Shown in pieces: positions 46,858 through 56,159 of a DNA stretch of 64,000 bases. The DNA lies in the IMG/VR virus record IMGVR_UViG_3300025087_000051; one strand, written 5' to 3'. The notes beneath the pieces were generated by a model. It made no database searches, was not told the DNA's origin, and saw only the letters and a list, made by a program, of their open reading frames with translations. The first letter of the stretch is position 1. Each line of letters opens with the position of its first letter. Both the position numbers and the translations under genes were made by a program. The DNA is from a virus. Lineage: Duplodnaviria; Heunggongvirae; Uroviricota; Caudoviricetes.

Positions 46858-47079
46858 TTGGTTTTTATAAACAAGATGGAATTTGATAAATACTTACAAT
46901 CCCAAGCCGTAATTCATTGGAATAACATAGTAAAAAAGTTAAGAGAAGAAGCGAGAAAATTAAAAGAACAAGAAATGAAACGATTAAGATTGTTGCAAGA
47001 AACTACTGATTTTATAAATGAATGCAATAGAGATTTAGACAATATCGAAAGAATATTTTTCGTAGAAAGGGAAAACTAA
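46858..47079 (+). CDS. hypothetical protein
   Basis: 73-aa ORF. Confidence 0.35.
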   Translation: MVFINKMEFDKYLQSQAVIHWNNIVKKLREEARKLKEQEMKRLRLLQETTDFINECNRDLDNIERIFFVEREN

Positions 47080-47082
47080 ACA

Positions 47083-47289
47083 ATGACAACAGACAATATA
47101 AATCATCCGCCACATTACAAATCAAACGGTATGGAAGCTATTGACGTGATAGAGGCGTTTGGTCTTGGATTTCATCTTGGTAATGCCATGAAATACATTC
47201 TTAGAGCTGGCAGAAAAACAGAAGACGATACGGAAGATACAAAAAAGGCTATTTGGTATTTAAATCGTTATTTAGGAGAAAAACAGTGA
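47083..47289 (+). CDS. DUF3310-like phage protein
   Basis: NHPPHYKSNGMEAIDVIEA pattern recalled from phage DUF3310 family (from memory). Confidence 0.45.
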   Translation: MTTDNINHPPHYKSNGMEAIDVIEAFGLGFHLGNAMKYILRAGRKTEDDTEDTKKAIWYLNRYLGEKQ

Positions 47290-48824
47290 AAATAATTAAA
47301 CCGTCAATTGAAATTTTAGACGTATTAGACCAAACCACTATTTTGAAAAGATTGGAATTAGTTGGAAGGACTTGCTATAAATCAGAAGATAAAATAACCG
47401 ATAATTCTTGTGTTGAGTTTATCAGAAAGATTATTAAGTCTGGACACCATTCCATAATTGAACATTACGATATTTCGGTTAGAGTAATATGTGATAGGGG
47501 CGTTACCCACGAAATAGTTAGACATAGAATAGCCAGCTATGCTCAGGAATCTACACGATATTGTATATCGGGAGACATGGGTTTATCTTTTAAAAATCCT
47601 CATCAAAAATTTACTGTGAGCCAACTTTATAACAATCGAATTAACTCAAAAAATAATTCGTGGAAAAGAATGTTTATTAAACAACTTAACGAAGACACCG
47701 GATATATCACTTTTGACAAAATAAAAAATATTGTTTATACAGGATTTAAAGAGGTAGTAAAAATTACTACTTCTCTTGGGTATTCTCTTATTGTTACGCC
47801 AGATCATAGAATAAAAACCAGTTATGGATATGCAAGGGCAGACAGTTTAGCGGGAAGGGAGATAGCTGTAAATGGAATTGGAATTTGTACAACAAAACAT
47901 GCCTACCAAGATAAAGATTGGCTTAAATATCACTATATTGTGTTAAACAAAACAGCAGTACAAATTGCCAATGATTTAAAAGCTAGTACCTCTGCCGTTA
48001 AGAAATGGATAAGATTGCATGGCTTTGCGAATACTAAACCAAAAAGCTATTGGAATAAGGGAAGAAAACCCTGGAATAAAGGACTTACCGAAAGCAATGA
48101 TATAAGAATCAAAAAACAAGGAGATGCCCTACGAAAATTCGGATATAGAAAAGGAGAAAAAAAAAGACAGAAAACAATATCTATAAGAACTTATCATAAA
48201 ACCGTAAAAGATAAATGTGTTTTGTGTGGAGGTTGTTTATCCCTTCATGTTCACCACAAAAACAGCAACAGGATGGATAATTGTACTGACAATTTGATAA
48301 CCTTATGCCCCTCTTGTCATGGGGGTGTCCATAATAAAAATCTATCATTTGTATATTTTGATAAAGTAGTATCCATAGAAAAATTGCCTAATACTATTCC
48401 TGTTTATGATATTGAGATGGGAGGGCAATATCATAATTTTGTAGCAAACGGTGTGGTTGTGCATAACTGTAATTATGCAAGCGGTAAATTTGGAAATGAA
48501 ATCACTGTTATTGAACCTTGTTTTTGGAATATAGATAACGATGAAAAGATGTTAGTATGGGAATTAGTCATAAAAGCCTCAGAAGCCGCATATCTCAAAC
48601 TTATAGAACTTGGAGCAACTCCACAAGAAGCGAGGAGTGTGCTTCCAAATTCTTTGAAAACAGAAATAATTGTTAAATTCAATCTTCGAGAATGGAGACA
48701 TTTCTTAACTTTGAGAACTTCTAGGGCTGCTCATCCACAAATGAGAGAAGTGACAAACATGATACTAACAGAGTTTAAATCAAAATTACCAATTATTTTT
48801 GAGGATATATCCAATGAAAATTAA
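47253..48824 (+). CDS. thyX: flavin-dependent thymidylate synthase ThyX interrupted by an HNH intein
   Basis: N-extein IVRHRIASYAQESTRY (RHRx7S...SxRY ThyX motif); C-extein ARSVLPNS...NLREWRHFLTLRTS; exteins total ~221 aa. Confidence 0.8.
   Translation: MVFKSLFRRKTVKIIKPSIEILDVLDQTTILKRLELVGRTCYKSEDKITDNSCVEFIRKIIKSGHHSIIEHYDISVRVICDRGVTHEIVRHRIASYAQESTRYCISGDMGLSFKNPHQKFTVSQLYNNRINSKNNSWKRMFIKQLNEDTGYITFDKIKNIVYTGFKEVVKITTSLGYSLIVTPDHRIKTSYGYARADSLAGREIAVNGIGICTTKHAYQDKDWLKYHYIVLNKTAVQIANDLKASTSAVKKWIRLHGFANTKPKSYWNKGRKPWNKGLTESNDIRIKKQGDALRKFGYRKGEKKRQKTISIRTYHKTVKDKCVLCGGCLSLHVHHKNSNRMDNCTDNLITLCPSCHGGVHNKNLSFVYFDKVVSIEKLPNTIPVYDIEMGGQYHNFVANGVVVHNCNYASGKFGNEITVIEPCFWNIDNDEKMLVWELVIKASEAAYLKLIELGATPQEARSVLPNSLKTEIIVKFNLREWRHFLTLRTSRAAHPQMREVTNMILTEFKSKLPIIFEDISNEN
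47562..48467 (+). other. intein (302 aa) with HNH homing-endonuclease domain inside thyX
   Basis: starts CISGDMG (block A), HVHHKNSNRMDNCTDNLITLCPSCHGGVHN HNH, ends VYDIEMGGQYHNFVANGVVVHN followed by +1 Cys. Confidence 0.8.
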
Positions 48825-50124
48825 AAGTATTAAATTGGAAAATTTTGCAAAATATTCACATATTGAAGTATCTTTTGATAAAAATGTCACTTATTTAATA
48901 GGAAACAACGGTGCTGGTAAAACCACGCTGGGTCTTAACGCTATATGGTTTTTATTTTGTGGAATTGCTGAAAAAAGTAGCAAAGGCAATAATCCTTTAA
49001 TTGCGGAGCGATTCAGGTTTATTGGTGAAAATGGTGCTTCGGCTAAAGGTGAAATGGTACTGATAGACGAGGTGCGAAAAGTAAAAATCAAAGTTATACG
49101 AAAATTGACCAAAGATGGCACTTCGTTAAGTTTTGAAGCTCCCGAAGGCTTAGTATTAAATCAGGAATGGCTCAATGATTTATTCAATGTATTTTTAATC
49201 TCTCCCCGATCCTTCCTTGCCTTAGATAGTAAAAAACAGACCGAAGCGTTAGGTATTGATACGAGTAAATTTGACGCTGAACTTGAAAATCTTAAATCGG
49301 AACACACCTATACCAATCGAGAATTAAAAAGCATCGGATCACTTGAAGCGGTTCTACCCACCGATGAAGTCGATATAGAATCTCTGATCGAAACCAAAAA
49401 CAATATGGTAAGTTTCAATACGAAACAAATAGCATTAGAACAAAACATTGTGAGGAATAAAGAAAAGTTAAAATTGTGCGAACAAGAACTGGACGGATTG
49501 ATAAAACAAAAAATAGAAATAGAACAAAAAATTGAAAAATTAGACAACAAAATACAAGCTGGCGAAAAACATATATCGTCCATGCCTCGACCCGAAGAAC
49601 TAAGAAGCATGGAACAAATAGACAACGAAATTAAAGAAGCTACCCAAAACAATAATAAAAACATTGCTTATCGAAACTATCTGCAACAGAAGCAAAAACA
49701 TGACCAGAAATTAACCGAGTTGAATAATAATAAAGAGAAGCAATCCGAAGTAATAAAGAACCGCATAGATTATATCCGATCCAAAAAGCTACCATTTGAC
49801 AATCTCGAAATAAACGAAAATGGTGAATTATTATTATCCGGTAAACCTATCAAAGAGCAATATTTCGCTACGGGTGAGTTATTAAAGATAGTGCCTGTGT
49901 TGATTAGCTCGCTCAATCCTGAATTAAAATATGTATTTATACAGCAATTTAACCTTCTCGATGAAAAACAACAAAAAATAGTTGAGGAATATTTGGTTGA
50001 CAAGGGATTCCAGCTAGTAGCCGAGATCGTAGGCGAAAAAGAAATAGAGAGTAAGCACTGTATAGTTTTGAAGGATATGCACCTAGTAACTAAGAAAGAA
50101 AATGTTGCAGAGAATATATTATGA
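48799..50124 (+). CDS. SMC/SbcC/RecF-like ABC ATPase with coiled-coil
   Basis: N-terminal KLENF...LIGNNGAGKTT Walker A; long coiled coil; C-terminal LLDE Walker B/D-loop. Confidence 0.6.
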   Translation: MRIYPMKIKSIKLENFAKYSHIEVSFDKNVTYLIGNNGAGKTTLGLNAIWFLFCGIAEKSSKGNNPLIAERFRFIGENGASAKGEMVLIDEVRKVKIKVIRKLTKDGTSLSFEAPEGLVLNQEWLNDLFNVFLISPRSFLALDSKKQTEALGIDTSKFDAELENLKSEHTYTNRELKSIGSLEAVLPTDEVDIESLIETKNNMVSFNTKQIALEQNIVRNKEKLKLCEQELDGLIKQKIEIEQKIEKLDNKIQAGEKHISSMPRPEELRSMEQIDNEIKEATQNNNKNIAYRNYLQQKQKHDQKLTELNNNKEKQSEVIKNRIDYIRSKKLPFDNLEINENGELLLSGKPIKEQYFATGELLKIVPVLISSLNPELKYVFIQQFNLLDEKQQKIVEEYLVDKGFQLVAEIVGEKEIESKHCIVLKDMHLVTKKENVAENIL

Positions 50125-50363
50125 ATAAACTTGAGGAAAAACATATAACCTTCAAGAGACCTGATAGATGTCAATTCTGTAAACAGCGAATGTATTACAT
50201 TGACGATAAAAGACATATTTCTGAAAGAGAAATCAGAGTAATTAAAAAATCGAAAAAAGATTATGATAGTTTTTATGTTCATTGGAAATGCTGGAAGGCA
50301 GGACTGAAAATAATCAAAAACACGATAGGATCATACGAGTTATGGTATGAGGATTTGAAATGA
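50121..50363 (+). CDS. zinc-binding small protein
   Basis: CQFCKQ ... HWKCW. Confidence 0.35.
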   Translation: MNKLEEKHITFKRPDRCQFCKQRMYYIDDKRHISEREIRVIKKSKKDYDSFYVHWKCWKAGLKIIKNTIGSYELWYEDLK

Positions 50364-50563
50364 CCATAATCAAATCAAATAAATCTGGCAGTTCTAAAAA
50401 AGACTACGAATTTACCGAAAAGCAGAAATTTGTAGCCAAGTTAATTTCCGATTATGGATTAGATCGGATAGAAGCAGTTAAATGGTGCTGGGTATTTAAA
50501 GCGTTTGGTGTTGAAACGTGCGAAGAAGCATTTGAAAAATATGAAATGAAAGCAAATCAATGA
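50360..50563 (+). CDS. hypothetical protein
   Basis: 67-aa ORF. Confidence 0.35.
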   Translation: MTIIKSNKSGSSKKDYEFTEKQKFVAKLISDYGLDRIEAVKWCWVFKAFGVETCEEAFEKYEMKANQ

Positions 50564-50586
50564 AAATACAGAAAAGGAATTAAATC

Positions 50587-51063
50587 GTGGTAGAAGCTGC
50601 TTTCGGTAATATATGGGACTTCCATTCGCAAGGCAAATGGATTGTTATAACTACCAACGGTACTGTTAAGTCTGATGGGTCGTGTGTAATGGGACGTGGC
50701 GTAGCGAAACAGGCAAAAGAAAAACATCCATCGTTACCGTTTTGTGTTGGCGATATGATTAAACGAAACGGAAACCATGTTTATATGTTTCCTCAATATA
50801 AAATTATTACATTTCCAGTCAAACATAATTGGTATGAAAAAGCCGATATTAATTTAATCGAACAAAGCACAAAAGAACTCAAAGAGATGATATTGCAATT
50901 AGACCAGAATGTTTCGTTACCAAGCGATACATTCTTTTATATGGTTCGTCCAGGCTGTGGTAATGGACAGTTGAATTGGAAAGACGTGAAGCCTATTCTT
51001 GAAAAATATTTAGACAATCATTTCATTGTTGTGGAAATAAATACGAAACAAGGAGAGAGATAA
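50587..51063 (+). CDS. macro-domain-like (ADP-ribose binding/hydrolase) protein (tentative)
   Basis: IVITTNG...DGSCVMGRGVAKQ resembles macro NAAN...GGGV motif pair. Confidence 0.45.
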   Translation: MVEAAFGNIWDFHSQGKWIVITTNGTVKSDGSCVMGRGVAKQAKEKHPSLPFCVGDMIKRNGNHVYMFPQYKIITFPVKHNWYEKADINLIEQSTKELKEMILQLDQNVSLPSDTFFYMVRPGCGNGQLNWKDVKPILEKYLDNHFIVVEINTKQGER

Positions 51064-51069
51064 CGAAAA

Positions 51070-51693
51070 ATGATAGACCTTGAAAAATTTTGTAGAAAAA
51101 GTCATTATACAGGAACATTAAATGAACCGTTTAGCGATAATGACTATACTTATGCTTCTGATGGTTCTATAATAATCAGGGTTGATAAAATTCAAGAAAT
51201 GACAGAGAAAGATACTCATTCTAATAAAGCAAAAGAACTGTTTGAAAAAAATAAAATTAATGGAAATGAAATATGGACTGATCTGCCTAAATTTGAAGTA
51301 ATAGAAAAAAATTGTACCGAATGTGTTGGCACTGGCAAAATTATTATATGCAAAGAATGTAATAGCACTGGAAGTTTAGAATTTAGTAGCAATTATAACG
51401 ATTATGATGTTGAGTGTAAGTCTTGTTTTGGTAAAGATATTAAAGATGAAAAATGCGAAGATTGTGACGGTACTGGCAAATATAAAGAATATTCAAATCC
51501 TGTTATAGAAGTTCCTATAAGAAAAGATGGAAATTTAGAACAAATCGAAATAATAATAAATGGTAAATATCTGGAAATGATACAAGACTTGCCGAACATC
51601 AAAATAGCATTGCAAGGTGAAAAAGAACTTATAAAATTAAAATTTGATGGCGGTATCGGATTGCCGATGCCGATAGAACGAGGAAAGCCTTAA
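51070..51693 (+). CDS. DnaJ-type zinc-finger (CxxCxGxG x4) protein
   Basis: CTECVGTG, CKECNSTG, CKSCFGKD, CEDCDGTG. Confidence 0.55.
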   Translation: MIDLEKFCRKSHYTGTLNEPFSDNDYTYASDGSIIIRVDKIQEMTEKDTHSNKAKELFEKNKINGNEIWTDLPKFEVIEKNCTECVGTGKIIICKECNSTGSLEFSSNYNDYDVECKSCFGKDIKDEKCEDCDGTGKYKEYSNPVIEVPIRKDGNLEQIEIIINGKYLEMIQDLPNIKIALQGEKELIKLKFDGGIGLPMPIERGKP

Positions 51694-52685
51694 TGCTTCC
51701 AAACAAAAATAACTTTTGTGGTGGTAATTTCTTCGATTGGATCGAAGTAATGCTCATTGATAAATGTAATGGGACTTGTTCGTGGTGTATAGAAAACGAA
51801 GGATATAAACCGAAAAAAGTAGCAACGTGGCAGAAATTACTCGAAAAATTAATACAATCAAATAAAAAAAATATCATATTTCTTGGCGGAGAACCAACAC
51901 TTTATAAAGACCTTCGGCTCTTGATTACAAATTTATATTTAGTAAATAAAAATACATACATTACTACAAATGGTAGTTTGTTATGTGCAGAATATATAGA
52001 AAATAATCTGCCTGGATTGACTGGAATTAACATATCTATTCATCATTATCATTTAGGTATGAACAAACAAATAACTGGCATAAAATTAGAAGAATATCTG
52101 TTTCGTAGTGCAATTAGCAAAGCAAAAGAATTAAATATAAAAGTACGATTAAATTGTAATGTCATTAAAAAATATATAGACAACGAAAATGAAGTTAATA
52201 AGTATATAGAATTTGCCAAAAATATTGGCGCAAATAATGTGCGATTCGCAGAATTAAAACACGATGATAAAAATTTTATAGATATGGCTGAAATATTAAA
52301 TTATAAATACGGATTAAACGATGATCCTTTTTCCAATGGATGTATCAGAGATGTTGTAATAAATAACATGCCAATAAATTTTAGACAAATGTGTGGTCTA
52401 CAAACAACGAAAAGAATTGTTCCAGAAAATCCTGAGCAAATTAGTAAAAAAGTATTATATTATGATGGTAACTTTTACAATGGTTGGCAAGCCGAAAAAG
52501 AGGAAGATATGAAAAAAACAAAAAAAGAAACAAAAGCGGTTAAAGATTTTACTGAAACTGACAAATTATTAAGAGAATTGAAAAATGGGAAAATTACATT
52601 AAAAGAAGCAAAAATAAAGATGAATGTCATTCTTGAAGAAACAGAGAAAATTGCTGTGGCTGCTTCCGGTGGATGTAATTACTAA
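51693..52685 (+). CDS. radical SAM enzyme
   Basis: CNGTCSWC (CX3CX2C) and FLGGEPTL (GGEP) motifs; 330 aa with C-terminal extension. Confidence 0.7.
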   Translation: MLPNKNNFCGGNFFDWIEVMLIDKCNGTCSWCIENEGYKPKKVATWQKLLEKLIQSNKKNIIFLGGEPTLYKDLRLLITNLYLVNKNTYITTNGSLLCAEYIENNLPGLTGINISIHHYHLGMNKQITGIKLEEYLFRSAISKAKELNIKVRLNCNVIKKYIDNENEVNKYIEFAKNIGANNVRFAELKHDDKNFIDMAEILNYKYGLNDDPFSNGCIRDVVINNMPINFRQMCGLQTTKRIVPENPEQISKKVLYYDGNFYNGWQAEKEEDMKKTKKETKAVKDFTETDKLLRELKNGKITLKEAKIKMNVILEETEKIAVAASGGCNY

Positions 52686-52784
52686 AAAAACAAACAAGGC
52701 TATGACAATACTGATTAAATATCTTGTTGGGAGATGTGGTATTTATGGTATTGTTCATAGCCTTATGTTCAGAAAGGATGAATC

Positions 52785-52970
52785 GTGAAAAACAAAGAAG
52801 TGTTGATTACCCTGACTTACAAATATGAAATTAATCCTGAAAATTATCCCGAAGGACTTACGACAAAACAAATGATAGAAATGGATATAAAATCCTTTCG
52901 AGAAGATCCAGACGCATTGTTTGAATTGGTAGGCGATTCTCCGTTGACAATTTCTGGTAAAATAATCTAA
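52785..52970 (+). CDS. hypothetical protein
   Basis: 61-aa ORF. Confidence 0.3.
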   Translation: MKNKEVLITLTYKYEINPENYPEGLTTKQMIEMDIKSFREDPDALFELVGDSPLTISGKII

Positions 52971-52993
52971 AAAATAATGAAAGGAGCGGTGGC

Positions 52994-53245
52994 GTGGCTA
53001 CAACAAAAAACGAAATCGATGATTATTTCAAAGAACGTGGCAATTATGGGTTAATCCAGGTATCTTGTTGTGGAAAATGTAAATATTGTATAAATAATGA
53101 GTTGAAAACAATGACTACCAACAGGGTCTTTGCTACTTATCGTTATGTTTCTTTTTGTAAATATTGGAGTGATAAAAAGCCACCACCTTCTGGATATTTT
53201 GTTATTGATCGTTCGGGGCTTTGCGATAAATTTAAAAAAATATAA
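52994..53245 (+). CDS. Cys-rich protein with GTG start; N-terminus paralogous to 53264 gene
   Basis: AAAGGAGCGGTGGCGTGGCTACA start context duplicated at 53264; MATTKNE vs MATVKSE. Confidence 0.4.
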   Translation: MATTKNEIDDYFKERGNYGLIQVSCCGKCKYCINNELKTMTTNRVFATYRYVSFCKYWSDKKPPPSGYFVIDRSGLCDKFKKI

Positions 53246-53263
53246 AAAGAAAGGAACGGTGAT

Positions 53264-54070
53264 GTGGCTACAGTAAAATCTGAGAAAAGAGTTTCAACAT
53301 ATCATGGGATTGAAAACTTATTCACCCCTGATGTTTTTTTCAACTTGATGGGCTGGACAGACAGAGAATGTCATACGGAAAGAATAAGATATGCAATTAG
53401 TAATTTTCATTATGCAGCAGGAGAAAAATTATCTTTTATTTTTGGAACTGAAAAGTTTGGAAATATTACAAGGGCAATAACAAGTTTGGGTGTTTTGTCT
53501 TTGGCTAGGTTTCACAATATTACCAATGAACAGATAGAAAAAATCATAGAAGATAGTAAGGGGAAAGGTTTTGAATTATTGAAAAAAGAAATTGAGTATA
53601 TTTGTTCATGTAGAAATATACATGCAGATAAAATAAAAGAAAAATTAACCGATATTACAAGTTTGTATGGTGGTAATAAATATAATAATATTTTGCGTAC
53701 AATGCTGAACATGAATGCAAATGATAGTGATATGGAAAACAGAAAAACAATAAATATCAACGCATTCCAGTTTAATACTATTTGCGAAAAAGAATTGAAT
53801 GAAAATATGTATAAATTGCAAAGAAATAGCGAAAATTGCGTTGTGAATATTTATATATCTAAAATCGTAAGCCATATCAATAATAAAATAAGAACTAACT
53901 ATAGGCGAAACGATACAAAATCTGAAATATGTCGTGGAGCGCACGTTGCAGGTTTGTATATTGTTTCAAAATGGATAATAAATGGTACATTGCCAAAGTA
54001 CGATGAATATTATTCGGCAAGTTTATTGTCTGATATTAAAGATGTTGTCTATTCTAATATTAAAGGATGA
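53264..54070 (+). CDS. hypothetical protein (GTG start)
   Basis: 268-aa ORF; AAAGGAACGGTGATGTGGCTACA. Confidence 0.45.
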   Translation: MATVKSEKRVSTYHGIENLFTPDVFFNLMGWTDRECHTERIRYAISNFHYAAGEKLSFIFGTEKFGNITRAITSLGVLSLARFHNITNEQIEKIIEDSKGKGFELLKKEIEYICSCRNIHADKIKEKLTDITSLYGGNKYNNILRTMLNMNANDSDMENRKTININAFQFNTICEKELNENMYKLQRNSENCVVNIYISKIVSHINNKIRTNYRRNDTKSEICRGAHVAGLYIVSKWIINGTLPKYDEYYSASLLSDIKDVVYSNIKG

Positions 54071-54400
54071 AAATGGCTAAACGTCTTTATGTCTTTATGA
54101 CTTTATGTCTTTATGTCTTTATGGCTGTACAAAGGGATGGAAATCAAAAATTTTCATCCGTTTATATGGCTAAACGTCTTTATGTCTTTATGACTTTATG
54201 TCTATATGACCGAATGGTCAAATGTCTTTATGACTTTATGGCTAGTATAAAGGGATGCTAGAAACGTGTAACGTAGTAAGGAAAATTTTTTCCTGTGTTT
54301 TTGTTAAATAAGTTGATAATGGCTAAATGACTGTATGGCTGTATGACTATGTGGCTAAATGACTAAATGGCTAAATGACTAAAAAGAACGAGGTACTTAA
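54070..54400 (+). repeat. tandem/micro-satellite-like repeat array (iteron-like)
   Basis: 38-nt ATGGCTAAACGTCTTTATGTCTTTATGACTTTATGTCT exact duplicate at 54073 and 54166; 8-10-nt units (GTCTTTATG, ACTTTATG, GGCTAAATGAC x3-4). Confidence 0.7.
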
Positions 54401-54402
54401 AA

Positions 54403-54573
54403 ATGATAAATCCAAGTACAATGAGTAACGGTAAGCCAACATGCTGTCCCTTCTGTTTGAGACCTTACGTTGAGCTTGACGGCAAAATAGTACCGGAATG
54501 TCTTTGTGGATCGTACTTTACAGCTAAAGAATTATGCGGCAGGCATGGGGTGAAGAATTGTCCAAGATGTTAA
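54403..54573 (+). CDS. zinc-ribbon micro-protein
   Basis: 56 aa; CCPFC ... CLC ... CPRC. Confidence 0.35.
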   Translation: MINPSTMSNGKPTCCPFCLRPYVELDGKIVPECLCGSYFTAKELCGRHGVKNCPRC

Positions 54574-54732
54574 ATCAAAACCAATACCTAAGGAAACGCT
54601 ATAATATTCGATTTAAGCCGTTTTTCTATTTCGGCGTGTCTGGGTCGAGGGATGGTGTCCATGTGGCAAATTTCATTAAAAGCGATACGCTTGGCAGTGT
54701 TATTTTTGATTGTGGTGGATGTCGGCGATCTT

Positions 54733-54847
54733 CGGCTGGCGATAGCCAGCAACATTTGTTGTGTCCCGCCCACGACGTTGACTACTTGTTTGTGTTGCAA
54801 CGGCACATTACCCCGATAAACAAAACCCCCGCCACAGGCGACATTTG
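54733..54847 (-). repeat. structured intergenic element, copy D (inverted)
   Basis: reverse complement AAATGTCGCCTGTGGCGGGGGTTTTGTTTATCGGGGTAATGT ... CAACGTCGTGGG ... GCTGGC-TATC-GCCAGC. Confidence 0.6.
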
Positions 54848-54879
54848 GTTATTGTTTTTGAATTATTTAATTTTTGCTA

Positions 54880-54908
54880 TTGACAGTTTCTAGAAAACAA
54901 ATTATATT
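54880..54908 (+). promoter_or_regulatory. sigma70-like promoter
   Basis: TTGACA-17nt-TATATT. Confidence 0.5.
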
Positions 54909-54959
54909 CTTGTTTGTTTGGAATATTTTATGTTTATTTTATTAAAAGGAGAAATTTTT

Positions 54960-55142
54960 ATGGTACTGTCCGTCCTCGAGGAAGTGGAAAGTTTCAAAAA
55001 TATTACTATTAGTGTTCCGGTGGATCAATACAAAAGATTGCAAGAAATAGCGAGAAGAAGCACTCTGTCGATTTCAAAGCTTGCAAAAAAAGGAATTGAG
55101 TTAGTGTTGAATGAATACGAATACGAATTCAAGAAATCTTAA
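54960..55142 (+). CDS. ribbon-helix-helix DNA-binding protein
   Basis: AAAGGAGAAATTTTT-ATG; ITISVPVDQYKRLQEIARRSTLSISKLAKKGIELVL RHH pattern. Confidence 0.45.
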   Translation: MVLSVLEEVESFKNITISVPVDQYKRLQEIARRSTLSISKLAKKGIELVLNEYEYEFKKS

Positions 55143-55156
55143 AAGGAATTAGTGTA

Positions 55157-55429
55157 ATGGCTAACAAAGGATTGGAAGAATATCATAAAAAATTAAAAGC
55201 CGGACTGATTAAAAAAACCAGAGACAAAAATAGACCGAGTGCTATAAAAGCAATTAGGGAAAAGTGTCTGGATTGTATATGTGCTAAGAGCGAAGGACGA
55301 ATTGACTGTCAGGTAGAAGATTGCAGCTTGTATTACTTCATGCCTTATGGAAGATTGAAAAATGAAAGAAAATCACAAAAAGCTAATCAAAAGAAAGAAC
55401 AAGATGCCGTATCTCCCGCAAGACATTGA
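55157..55429 (+). CDS. Cys-containing basic protein
   Basis: 90-aa ORF. Confidence 0.4.
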   Translation: MANKGLEEYHKKLKAGLIKKTRDKNRPSAIKAIREKCLDCICAKSEGRIDCQVEDCSLYYFMPYGRLKNERKSQKANQKKEQDAVSPARH

Positions 55430-55604
55430 AAATTTTAAAATAAAAGAAATCTGTTCGGGTTGTTTCGGCTTTATCGAAAAAGATTTATCTTGTAGCGAGA
55501 AAAAAGAATCATACCGAGACTATACAACAACTTGCTGTAAGTTTTATTTTGTCATGGTCGTCTCGGTAAAAATCTGAACAATTCCTAAAAAATTTGGAGA
55601 AATA

Positions 55605-56159
55605 ATGGAAAACAAAATAATTATGTTCGATTCTGGTGAGGCAGCACAGACAAAAACTATAACGGGATGGGTTTCTGGTAATGGCTTTTTTTACGGTAAC
55701 GATGAACAATCTGCAAGGTATATGGGATGCACTCATCAACGTTGCGAATGTGGAATGATTATGAAAAAAGGCTATACTATCTGTGAGTCGTGCCGACACA
55801 AAAAAGCATTGGAAAGATACAGAAATATGCCGTTTAAGGAATGGAACGGTGCTGATTTTTTATATTCAGAAGTAGCGGATAAATATTTTTACGATAGCGA
55901 AGAAATCTTTGATTATTGTGAAGACGAAGGTATCCTTGTAGAGTCTTTACGATTTATAATTTGCGAACCTGTATATCCAAAAGAAATCAATTTATCTGAG
56001 ATTTATTCGGATTTATTACCGGAATATTCTGGTGGCGAATTGCCACAATATTTAATAGACGCTGAAAATGAATTAAACCAAATAATCAGAGAAGAAAAAG
56101 AACTACTGTCTTGGATACCTGGAAAATATCGGACAGAAGTCGAGGGGAGGAAAGAATGA
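55605..56159 (+). CDS. zinc-binding hypothetical protein
   Basis: CTHQRCECG ... CESC. Confidence 0.45.
   Translation: MENKIIMFDSGEAAQTKTITGWVSGNGFFYGNDEQSARYMGCTHQRCECGMIMKKGYTICESCRHKKALERYRNMPFKEWNGADFLYSEVADKYFYDSEEIFDYCEDEGILVESLRFIICEPVYPKEINLSEIYSDLLPEYSGGELPQYLIDAENELNQIIREEKELLSWIPGKYRTEVEGRKE

Noticed and set aside
54067-54261. 64-aa ORF with repeated MAKRLYVFMTLCLY
   Set aside because: Translation of the DNA tandem repeat array; repeat units not codon-phased conservation; treated as non-coding repeat.
54534-54893. ORFs 54534-54893(+) and 54588-54806(-)
   Set aside because: Both lie across structured element copy D (GC-rich, stop-poor); no RBS; likely spurious.
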